Origin: an uncultured Gammaproteobacteria bacterium
GTDB lineage: Bacteria > Patescibacteriota > Microgenomatia > CAYSOG01
DNA: 64,000 nt
NCBI GenBank assembly: GCA_964432675.1
Contig: CAYSOG010000002.1
Coordinates: 6,975-70,974, forward strand
Reading direction: 5' to 3'
This document shows positions 18,961 through 27,175 of this stretch, piece after piece. The notes under the pieces are model-generated. The model had not been told where the DNA came from, did not search any database, and saw nothing but the letters and a program-made list of their open reading frames with translations. The translations under genes and the position numbers were made by a program. How positions within the stretch are numbered: position 1 is the stretch's first letter; every line of letters begins with the position of its first letter.

Positions 18961-19842
18961 TTAGTCAAAAACAAGATAGTCTTTTTGGCCGTTTAAAATA
19001 TTGCGGCTATCCCAATCATGGATCGAGGCAAATAACCCTTGGTAGGTGTATTGAAAACTATTGCCTTGGCGAATGCCAACATCGTTGGTAATAAAGATGC
19101 CGGGAACCATACTGCAGCTTACAGTATCTATACTACGGCATTTTTTAGGGTCAATCACTGCTTTATCATCGTAGCCTTTAATAACCAGCATGTGGTAATT
19201 TGGCCCACCGTTTTTAAAATAGGGGTTTGGGAGGATTTTACCGGCAGCACCAACAATCACCGGGTGACTTTTGGCAATTTCTTGCTTTATTGTAGCGATT
19301 GTTGCGTTTTGGACAACATGACCGTTTAATCCATAATACTGTTTGGCAATATCCGCTAATTGCTGCAAGGTGATACTTAATCCATAGCCATTTTTTGTTT
19401 CAAATGAAATAAGATTTTGAATTTCATTTTCTCCATCATCAAGGTTTGCTGGAACTTTTCCCTGCAAAAAGTAGACTACATTCAAAAGGCTTGCTTCCTC
19501 ACAAGCATCTTCATGCAACGCATCCCAGTTTGCGTGCGGGGCTTGAACTAAGAAAGGAACATTGAGTGTTTTCGCTGCTAATATGGCTGATGACGTCGCG
19601 ACAGAATGTGGCGTCGGTTTTAAAATGGCGGAAGGAACAGATTGTTGGGTAGGGGAGGGGATTGGCGTTGTGCGAACGATAGGTGGTAGCTTCTGTGTCG
19701 CACGCTGAGCTGCCTGTTCTGGTAATACAACTTTCAAAATAACGATAACGTCAAGCAGGGCGATAATAGCAATAATAATTTTACGCATATGTTTGCCCAA
19801 ACGTTTTGGCATACGTATTATCCTACCATACCTAGACAGCAT
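18961..19842 (-). CDS. membrane-anchored putative papain-like (C39-like) cysteine peptidase
   Basis: N-terminal TM, a Pro-rich linker, then a candidate Cys (EDACEEASLLNVVYF) and a downstream His/Asp (NYHMLVIKGYDD). The true start may be an internal Met. Confidence 0.4.
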   Translation of the reverse strand: MLSRYGRIIRMPKRLGKHMRKIIIAIIALLDVIVILKVVLPEQAAQRATQKLPPIVRTTPIPSPTQQSVPSAILKPTPHSVATSSAILAAKTLNVPFLVQAPHANWDALHEDACEEASLLNVVYFLQGKVPANLDDGENEIQNLISFETKNGYGLSITLQQLADIAKQYYGLNGHVVQNATIATIKQEIAKSHPVIVGAAGKILPNPYFKNGGPNYHMLVIKGYDDKAVIDPKKCRSIDTVSCSMVPGIFITNDVGIRQGNSFQYTYQGLFASIHDWDSRNILNGQKDYLVFD

Positions 19843-19928
19843 CTATAATTATCTGATAAGATTTGGCAAGAAGGAACGGTTTGGCAATCTGTGCTTTGCG
19901 AGCTAATCCGTGGTTTTTACCTTAAATA

Positions 19929-20969
19929 TTGCATAAATTTATGGAAAAAAAGCTACTTGCGCTTAAAGAAAAGTCAGTAAAGGAAGTCCAAGGTACCAAA
20001 GATGCGAAGGCACTCGAAACCGTTCGTATTCGAATATTTGGGTCAAACGGCACATTAACTCACGCCATGAAAGAATTGCCGAAACTGCCAAAGGCCAAGC
20101 GGCCAAAAGTAGGTAAGCTCATTAATGAAATAAAGCAGGAATTGCAACATGCCATTGCTGAGAAACAGCAAAAGTTACAACAAAAACGGAAAGTTTCAGT
20201 TGACATCACAGTACCTGGTATTCAACCAAATATTGGCCATCTACACCCGATAACGAAGGCCATATGGGACATTGGCGATATTTTTAAGCGTATTGGATTT
20301 GAAGTTACCGACACCAGGGAAATTGAAACCGATTGGTACGCTTTTGGAGCGCTTAATTTTCCTGTTAACCATCCTGCGCGTGACGAATGGGAAACCTTTT
20401 TTCTTGAAACGAATAACCTTAAATTAAATACTGATGACAAAATCGTTCTGACGCCGCACACGTCCTCTGCTCAAGTGCGGGTAATGGAAAAAGAAAAGCC
20501 GCCAATTCGTAATATTACCATTTCAAAATGCTACCGCCGACAAGCCGATGTTTCGCACTTGCAAATGTTCCATCAATTTGAAGGTATTTTTGTCGATACA
20601 AACGTTTCAATTGCTAATTTAAAAGGTACGCTCGATTATTTCGTTATGCAATATTTTGGACGTGATCGAGTTACCCGAATAAGGCCATACGATTTCCGTT
20701 TCACGGAACCGTCATTTGAAGTTGACGTCACCTGCGCAAACTGCAATGGCAGGGGTTGCCGCTTGTGTAAGCAAGGATGGCTAGAACTCGGCGGCGCTGG
20801 TATGATCCATCCAAACGTCCTACACAACGGGGGGTTGGACCCTGAAATATTTTCCGGCTTCGCTTTTGGCTGGGGTGTCGAGCGCGTTTGGATGATGAAA
20901 AGCGGTATTAAGTTACCCGACATCCGCCAAATTTATTCCGGTGACCTAAGATTTAATCAACAATTTTAA
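19929..20969 (+). CDS. pheS: phenylalanyl-tRNA synthetase alpha subunit
   Basis: Class II motifs (FQFEGIFVD, GAGMIHPNVL, FGWGVERV). It carries a Cys4 insertion (CANCNGRGCRLC). Confidence 0.9.
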   Translation: MHKFMEKKLLALKEKSVKEVQGTKDAKALETVRIRIFGSNGTLTHAMKELPKLPKAKRPKVGKLINEIKQELQHAIAEKQQKLQQKRKVSVDITVPGIQPNIGHLHPITKAIWDIGDIFKRIGFEVTDTREIETDWYAFGALNFPVNHPARDEWETFFLETNNLKLNTDDKIVLTPHTSSAQVRVMEKEKPPIRNITISKCYRRQADVSHLQMFHQFEGIFVDTNVSIANLKGTLDYFVMQYFGRDRVTRIRPYDFRFTEPSFEVDVTCANCNGRGCRLCKQGWLELGGAGMIHPNVLHNGGLDPEIFSGFAFGWGVERVWMMKSGIKLPDIRQIYSGDLRFNQQF

Positions 20970-20978
20970 ACATGTAGC

Positions 20979-23009
20979 ATGAATATCCTTATTCCATATA
21001 GCTGGCTGAAAGAGTATTTGAAGACGGACTTGGGTCCGAAGGAATTTGCATCGGTTGTTTCATTGTATGGCCCATCAATTGAACGGTGGCATGAAACAGC
21101 AGATAATGACGTCGTCTTTGATGTTGAAATTACAACCAACCGAGTTGATGCTTATTCAGTTTTCGGCATGGCGCGGGAAGCGCATGCTATTTTGCAATAT
21201 AACAACATTCCTTCATCACTTATCGAACCGGAAACACCAGAACTAATCAATCGTTCCGGTGTCAATTATGAACTATATGCAGAAGTCGACCCAGGGCTTT
21301 GTCCAAGGTTTACCGCGATGATCATAGATGGTGTTACCGTCGGCCAATCACCAGACTTTATAAAAGATCGCTTAGAAAAAGTTGGGGAACGATCACTCAA
21401 TAATCTTGTTGATATAACTAATTACTGTATGTACGAACTCGGGCAACCTATGCATGTCTTCGACTACGATAAAATCGTCGGCCACAAAATGGTCTTACGC
21501 AAGAGTAGGGCAGGGGAGACACTCACCACACTAGACAATGTCAAAAGGACACTGCCTGACGGCGCAATTGTTATTGAAGACGCCGAAAAGTTAATTGATC
21601 TCGCTGGTATTATGGGCGGAAAAAATAGTGCTATTGATGAGGAAACAAAACGGGTTTTATTATTTGTCCAAACCTATGATCCGCATACTATCCGCAAAAC
21701 CGCCATGCATCTAGCCCACCGTACCGAAGCTGCTGCCAGATTTGAAAAAGACCTGGACGAAGAAAGCGTATTACCAGCGCTAAAACGGGCCGCTACCATG
21801 ATTACAGAATACGCCGCAGGAACAATAGCAAGCGAACTGATTGATATCTATCCGCGACCCCAAGAAAGCAAAACTGTTTCTGTGCGTTTGGAACAGGTAC
21901 AAGCAACCATTGGTATTGCAATTGAGCCAAACCGCATTGAAACAATTTTAAGTCTTTTAGGATTTGACGTTTTAGAAAATGGCGACACAATTACAGTTTC
22001 TGTTCCAAGCTTTCGGAGTAAAGATATTAGCATTCCGCAAGACTTAATCGAAGAAATCGCACGCATGTATGGCTACCATAATATTCCAGCCACCCTTCCA
22101 GGCGGTCAGATACCAAATCGCCCAGAAAATACCGCAGCAAAACGTATTACCCAAATAAAAATGGCCTTAAAATACCTCGGCTTTACAGAAGTTTATACGA
22201 ATTCAGCAACCGGTAAGGAAAATATCGAAAGCATTGGCATAGACGCAAACCAATGTGTTACTATCAAAAACCCGTTAACCCAAGATTTCGTTTATATGCG
22301 ACCCCATTTATTGGCAACAATGTTACCGGTTGTTGCAGAAAATTTACCCAGGTTTCCAAAGTTAAATATATTTGAACTTTCGCGTATTTACTATCCTAAA
22401 AAAGATGATTTGCCATTTGAAAAAACACTACTGCAAATACTTTCAACTGATCTTAGCGTCTTAGTAATGAAAGGCATTGGCGAAGCATTACTCGGGCAAG
22501 TTGGCATTAGTGCTATCGAAACAAGACCATATACGGATACCGCAAAACTTGACCCAGCCTCGGCCGGGAAAATGTTCAATGGTAAATCCGAACTCGCAAC
22601 TGTTGGCCTTATTGCACCACATATTTTGCAGTCGTTTAATATTTCACAATCACTAACGTCGCTGAACATAGATATCGACCGGTTAATCGAGTTTTCTTCA
22701 GACGCTACTGCTTTCCATCCAATTGCAAAGTACCCGGCTCTCGTAGAGGATATATCTTTCGTGGTCGACCAAGATGAACCAGTTGGACCAATCGTCAACG
22801 CTGTGAGCCGTGCCGACAAACTCATCGTCCAAGTAGATGTCTTAGACATGTTTGCAAGCGGAAGGGTAGGCGAGGGTAATAAATCTATAACCCTACGAAT
22901 ATCATACCAAAGTCCAACAAAATTACTTTCAGAAAAAAATACCGCCAAAGCCCGCCAAAAAGTTGAACATCTTCTCACCAAAACCTTCACCTCCAAAATT
23001 CGTAAGTAA
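20979..23009 (+). CDS. pheT: phenylalanyl-tRNA synthetase beta subunit, missing the N-terminal OB-fold (B2) tRNA-binding domain
   Basis: The B1-like N-terminus runs directly into the TTNRVDAYSVFGMAREA (B3/B4) region. The B5, B6-7 and B8 regions are present. 676 aa, compared with about 790 aa for the canonical protein. Confidence 0.85.
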   Translation: MNILIPYSWLKEYLKTDLGPKEFASVVSLYGPSIERWHETADNDVVFDVEITTNRVDAYSVFGMAREAHAILQYNNIPSSLIEPETPELINRSGVNYELYAEVDPGLCPRFTAMIIDGVTVGQSPDFIKDRLEKVGERSLNNLVDITNYCMYELGQPMHVFDYDKIVGHKMVLRKSRAGETLTTLDNVKRTLPDGAIVIEDAEKLIDLAGIMGGKNSAIDEETKRVLLFVQTYDPHTIRKTAMHLAHRTEAAARFEKDLDEESVLPALKRAATMITEYAAGTIASELIDIYPRPQESKTVSVRLEQVQATIGIAIEPNRIETILSLLGFDVLENGDTITVSVPSFRSKDISIPQDLIEEIARMYGYHNIPATLPGGQIPNRPENTAAKRITQIKMALKYLGFTEVYTNSATGKENIESIGIDANQCVTIKNPLTQDFVYMRPHLLATMLPVVAENLPRFPKLNIFELSRIYYPKKDDLPFEKTLLQILSTDLSVLVMKGIGEALLGQVGISAIETRPYTDTAKLDPASAGKMFNGKSELATVGLIAPHILQSFNISQSLTSLNIDIDRLIEFSSDATAFHPIAKYPALVEDISFVVDQDEPVGPIVNAVSRADKLIVQVDVLDMFASGRVGEGNKSITLRISYQSPTKLLSEKNTAKARQKVEHLLTKTFTSKIRK

Positions 23010-23136
23010 TTAATTACTGCCTTGTAATCCCATAGCATTCACGCTATACTATTTTCTTACAATCCAGTCATTGCTGAACATTAAAAATCCTAAGAGGCTC
23101 CAGGTATGTAAGGTACAGTCAAAAAGGAGTAGGGGT

Positions 23137-23496
23137 ATGGTGACCATTGGCATTGCACTTATTACCGCAAGTATTGTCTACGCAATTGCTTTATATCTAC
23201 TATTTGGCATTACAATTGACCCGAAAGAATTGTATAATATCGATTTAAAACAACCGCGTGTTATTATTCGCGCTTGCTTGCACTGTGCATTACATCTTAT
23301 AACCCTAAGACTGGCAAATATCGTTTGCCTTGCCGGCATTGTGCTGATACTTATTGCAAAGGATGCTGCACGGATTGATTCACCTTTAAAAGGATTGGTA
23401 ATAGTACTCTTATCGTTTTCGCCAGATGTTGCCGTCATCTTTTTACGCCTTGTCCGGGGTAATTTTGGCAATCGAACAGTAACGCAAAATACTTAA
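23137..23496 (+). CDS. small membrane protein
   Basis: Track ORF trimmed to the ATG after AAAGGAG. About 3 TM helices. Confidence 0.45.
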   Translation: MVTIGIALITASIVYAIALYLLFGITIDPKELYNIDLKQPRVIIRACLHCALHLITLRLANIVCLAGIVLILIAKDAARIDSPLKGLVIVLLSFSPDVAVIFLRLVRGNFGNRTVTQNT

Positions 23497-23520
23497 CCAG
23501 GCAAGTCTTGGTTTTCTTAT

Positions 23521-23556
23521 ACACCGTAACAGTAATAATGTTGCGGTGTTTTTTAT
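23521..23556 (+). terminator. Rho-independent terminator
   Basis: ACACCG ... CGGTGT stem followed by TTTTTTATT. Confidence 0.55.
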
Positions 23557-23559
23557 TGG

Positions 23560-26154
23560 CTAGAGGGAACCTTTGACGGTGATTTCTTGACTATCAGTGT
23601 TGCCGCCGCTGTCGACAGCTTGTACCTTAATACGGTGGCTACCAGTATCCGGCAGGTTAATATGGAAACCGTATGGCTGGCTAGTTGTTTCCCCAATTTC
23701 CTTATCATCAATATATGCCGTTATTTTTAAAACTGTAAATCCCTGCGAATTTGCACCAACGGCAATATCAAAACTTTTGGTAACATTTGCGCCATTGGGT
23801 ATATTCGTAATTTGGACCGTTAACGGACGTGGTGACGAAGCATCACACCCTTTAATATACGGCGCTTTTAACAAATCAAGCGGTTGGCTAAAATCCCAGT
23901 TATTAATACCATCTTGCCAACGGTTTTGGCCGTCTTTTGAGACCGGATCGTCTTCCTGAAACCAAACAAGATCTTTCGGCTCAGTCTTACCTTGCGACGC
24001 ATCATCATCAGTGCCAAAATTTGTTGCCTTCCCTTTGCAAACATTAAACCGCTGGTAAAATGGAGAGACTGACTTCGGCTCGGTACCTTTAATAAAATAG
24101 TCCGAACGCATTGGGTCAGAACCATGAGGCAAACCGCCAGTTAAGCTGTCTATCTGCATGGCAACCACATTATCCGGCACTTTACTAAAATCTTCTTTTG
24201 GCATATCAGCCAAGATCGCTTTGGTTACTCTATTCCATATTGGTGAGGCACCGGTAACACCCGAGGAAATTTTCGGGTCCATCACGCTACCATCGTTATT
24301 ACCAACCCAAACACCAACTGTTAGCGATGGGGTATAACCAACCGTCCAATTATCTTTCTTCGAATCAGTCGTACCAGTCTTTACCGCAACAGTGCGGTTT
24401 GGTACCACCAATGAAGAACTCGGTCCAAAGGCTGCTGTCCTGGCGCTGTTATCAGATAATATATGAGATATTAAAAAGGCAATTTCTTTTGACAAGACTT
24501 GCTTCGAGGACTGGTGTTTTTCCTCAAAATAAGTTTTCTTACCCGAAGCATCAGTGACCTTTAATATTGCAACCGGATCGTGCTTAACCCCTTGCGCTGC
24601 AAAAACGCTATAGGCATTCACCAATTGCAAAAGCGTTAATTCCCGGCCCCCTAAAACGAGTGACAAGCCGACGTCTTTCATATTATCGGAAGTTGGTTCC
24701 CAGTTCGTAATACCCATATCAAAGGCTTGCTGCATGACATCACGGATGCCAACACGGGCAAGCGTCTTGACCGCTGGAATATTATATGAATTACCAAGCG
24801 CATAACGGACAGCTGTAGGCCCATGGAACTTGCCATCGTAGTTAACGGGTTTGTAATCGGCTTGACCACCGCCGAGCGGAAATGTCGTTGGCACATCCAT
24901 AATAACCGAAGCAGGTGCGTATCCTTTTTTGAATGCAACGGCGTAAGTAATTGGCTTTGTTGACGAACCAGGCTGCCGTAATGCCAAGGCTGTATTAACA
25001 TTTGACTCAAAAACACAGTTCGAACCTTCCACACAACCATTCGGCTCTGATTTGCCAAAGTAATCTTTACCGCCAACCATTGCAAGAATATCACCGGTTT
25101 TTGGGTCCATTACCACAACAGCGCCGTTGGCTACCTTGTAAGCTTTAAGTTTTGCAATTTCCTCGGTAACCGCCTGTTGGGCGATGTCTTGCATTTTTAA
25201 GTCAAGTGATGTGGTCACCCGTAAGCCGCCTTCTTGGACCTGTCGTTGGCCGAATTGTTGCTCTAAGAGTTCCTTAACGTACATCACAAAGTGCGGCGCT
25301 TTAATACTAATATCAGCAGGCGAAAATTTGACTTGTCCATTGTTAATTTGGGCCAGCGCCTGTTTTTCTTGGTCAGCCGTAATGTATTTGTCTTCCCGCA
25401 TGCGACGCAAAACATACGCGGTACGGTCTTTGTATGCATTCGGGTGATTGCCAAGCGGTGAATAATAACTTGGCTCCTGCGGCAATCCTGCTAAAATCGC
25501 CGCTTCAGCTAACGACAAATCTTTCACATGCTTCCCAAAGTATTGTTGACTTGCCGCCTCAACACCGATGGCTGTCCCACCATATGGTGCTTCGTTCAAA
25601 TACATCTGCAAAATCTGGTTTTTGGAAAACTTATTGTCGACTTGGACAGCCAAGAAAAACTCTTTCAGCTTTCTTGTAACTGTCCGCTCAGGAGAAAGCA
25701 AAGTATTCTTCACAAGCTGCTGTGTTAGTGTTGACCCGCCGGTAAGCTGGTGGTGCAATACAAGGTTAAAGGGTATACGCAAGAGCCCAGCAGGATCAAA
25801 ACCGGCATTTTTGTAGAAATTTTTATCTTCGGTGGCGATGGTGGCTTCCTGTAAATACTTCGGTACTTGGTCAATCGTGACGAGTTGGCGATTTTGGTCG
25901 TTAAAAACATCGAATAGTAGTTGGCCATTCCTATCGTAAATTTTAGTTGAAAGCGCTTCTTCTTGTTCGCGCGAGGAAAGTTTATCCGGGCTCGGTAAAT
26001 CTTTGGCGAAAAAGGCAAATGCACCGATAAAGAAAATGAGACCAAAAATGGCAGCGCCAAAGGCTAAGGTGGTGAGGAAAGCGATCATGCGCAGCCGTTG
26101 TTGTTTTGCCCGGCGCCTGCGGCTAAATTCTAAACGGTTGTAGTAGTCAGCCAT
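23560..26154 (-). CDS. mrcA: class A penicillin-binding protein 1A (glycosyltransferase plus transpeptidase) with a C-terminal Ig/fibronectin-like extension
   Basis: GT51 motifs (EDKNFYKNAGFD, GGSTLTQQL) and transpeptidase motifs (SSTKP, SYN, KTGTT). Confidence 0.9.
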   Translation of the reverse strand: MADYYNRLEFSRRRRAKQQRLRMIAFLTTLAFGAAIFGLIFFIGAFAFFAKDLPSPDKLSSREQEEALSTKIYDRNGQLLFDVFNDQNRQLVTIDQVPKYLQEATIATEDKNFYKNAGFDPAGLLRIPFNLVLHHQLTGGSTLTQQLVKNTLLSPERTVTRKLKEFFLAVQVDNKFSKNQILQMYLNEAPYGGTAIGVEAASQQYFGKHVKDLSLAEAAILAGLPQEPSYYSPLGNHPNAYKDRTAYVLRRMREDKYITADQEKQALAQINNGQVKFSPADISIKAPHFVMYVKELLEQQFGQRQVQEGGLRVTTSLDLKMQDIAQQAVTEEIAKLKAYKVANGAVVVMDPKTGDILAMVGGKDYFGKSEPNGCVEGSNCVFESNVNTALALRQPGSSTKPITYAVAFKKGYAPASVIMDVPTTFPLGGGQADYKPVNYDGKFHGPTAVRYALGNSYNIPAVKTLARVGIRDVMQQAFDMGITNWEPTSDNMKDVGLSLVLGGRELTLLQLVNAYSVFAAQGVKHDPVAILKVTDASGKKTYFEEKHQSSKQVLSKEIAFLISHILSDNSARTAAFGPSSSLVVPNRTVAVKTGTTDSKKDNWTVGYTPSLTVGVWVGNNDGSVMDPKISSGVTGASPIWNRVTKAILADMPKEDFSKVPDNVVAMQIDSLTGGLPHGSDPMRSDYFIKGTEPKSVSPFYQRFNVCKGKATNFGTDDDASQGKTEPKDLVWFQEDDPVSKDGQNRWQDGINNWDFSQPLDLLKAPYIKGCDASSPRPLTVQITNIPNGANVTKSFDIAVGANSQGFTVLKITAYIDDKEIGETTSQPYGFHINLPDTGSHRIKVQAVDSGGNTDSQEITVKGSL

Positions 26155-26385
26155 AATGAGCAGCCCAAAGAGACTTTGGTTCTATTTCTTATTCTAGCAT
26201 GCCAGACCAACAATTGTCTGTGAGGCTCATTTCTGGTAGAATTGACAATGAAAAGTAAAATTGCTAACTTTTCTTTATCATCATAATCTGGCTTACTAGC
26301 CTGAGAACAATTGCATGGAGTTACAACAATTACTCAGCTTAACAAGCTCCCAGCGGGAGCCAAACAGTTTAGGTAACGGTCTGAA

Positions 26386-26400
26386 GGAAAATTTTTTAGT
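26386..26400 (+). repeat. Leader half of the inverted repeat flanking tRNA-Tyr
   Basis: GGAAAATTTTTTAGT. It is complementary at 14 of 15 positions to the trailer ACCAAAAAATTTTCC (26473-26487), so the 7-bp acceptor stem could extend to about 22 bp. Confidence 0.6.
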
Positions 26401-26476
26401 CCAGGGTTGGCAGAGCGGTTGATGCGCGGGTCTGTAAAACCCGTTTAGCCTGGTTCAACTCCAGGGCCCTGGACCA
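26401..26476 (+). tRNA. tRNA-Tyr (anticodon GUA), class I with a short variable loop and encoded CCA
   Basis: Folded by hand. The acceptor CCAGGGT/GCCCTGG has a C1-G72 pair, the discriminator is A73, and 3-prime CCA is encoded. Anticodon stem CGGGT/ACCCG with loop CTGTAAA. The variable loop TTTAG is 5 nt. T-arm CCTGG-TTCAACT-CCAGG. Confidence 0.85.
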
Positions 26477-26487
26477 AAAAATTTTCC
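26473..26487 (+). repeat. Trailer half of the inverted repeat flanking tRNA-Tyr
   Basis: ACCAAAAAATTTTCC pairs with the leader at 26386-26400. Confidence 0.6.
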
Positions 26488-26661
26488 TGCGAGAGCTTCA
26501 CACTACTGAAATTACTGTATCAGTAGTACTCCATTCCCTAAAACTATCATATCTTAGAAGCGACTCCTATCTGTAGGACATCACCCTATAGTACTTGCAA
26601 AATATTTCGATATCGAGTAGACTATCTCTTCAGTAGTACACTAACAAATAGGAGGTGTGGT

Positions 26662-27045
26662 GTGGCCACGCAATCAACCCCTCATTTGTGGGAAGTAAAA
26701 CATCCCTATTATTGCGACCAAAGCGATGACAATAAAGAATATGATTCATGGGATGACTTTGTAAACGAGGTGCAGAACCAAGCTCAGGACTACGATCCAC
26801 AGCGTAACCTGATATTTAGGTGGGATTGGATCTCACCAGACAGTCCTGATTATGAGGCTGACCTTTATAGCGATGGCTACACTGGTGACAGACTTACATT
26901 GTTTGTTGTTCTGCAACGAAAGGCTAGGGTAGCAAGCTGGGAAATTAAGGTTACAAAAGAAAACGAACAGGCAATTAAATCTTGGTTGTCCGAACGGGCC
27001 AAGCATATTACTGCACTCTGGACACCAATCCAAATTGCTTCGTAA
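26662..27045 (+). CDS. hypothetical acidic protein (127 aa)
   Basis: GTG start 5 nt after AGGAGGTG. A terminator follows. Confidence 0.55.
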   Translation: MATQSTPHLWEVKHPYYCDQSDDNKEYDSWDDFVNEVQNQAQDYDPQRNLIFRWDWISPDSPDYEADLYSDGYTGDRLTLFVVLQRKARVASWEIKVTKENEQAIKSWLSERAKHITALWTPIQIAS

Positions 27046-27063
27046 AAAAGCAATAAAAACTAT

Positions 27064-27095
27064 AGCCCCCTCCATTTTGCAGGGGGCTTTTTTAT
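27064..27095. terminator. bidirectional Rho-independent terminator
   Basis: AGCCCCCT ... AGGGGGCT stem with T-runs on both strands, between two convergent genes. Confidence 0.7.
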
Positions 27096-27175
27096 GGTTA
27101 TTTTTTCTTAATTAACGGATAGAAAACAAAAGTGAAGAGAGTATTGGCAATCTTTAAAGCATGACTAATTTCTGG

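Noticed and set aside
22391-23038. 215-aa minus-strand ORF
   Set aside because: It is antisense within pheT.
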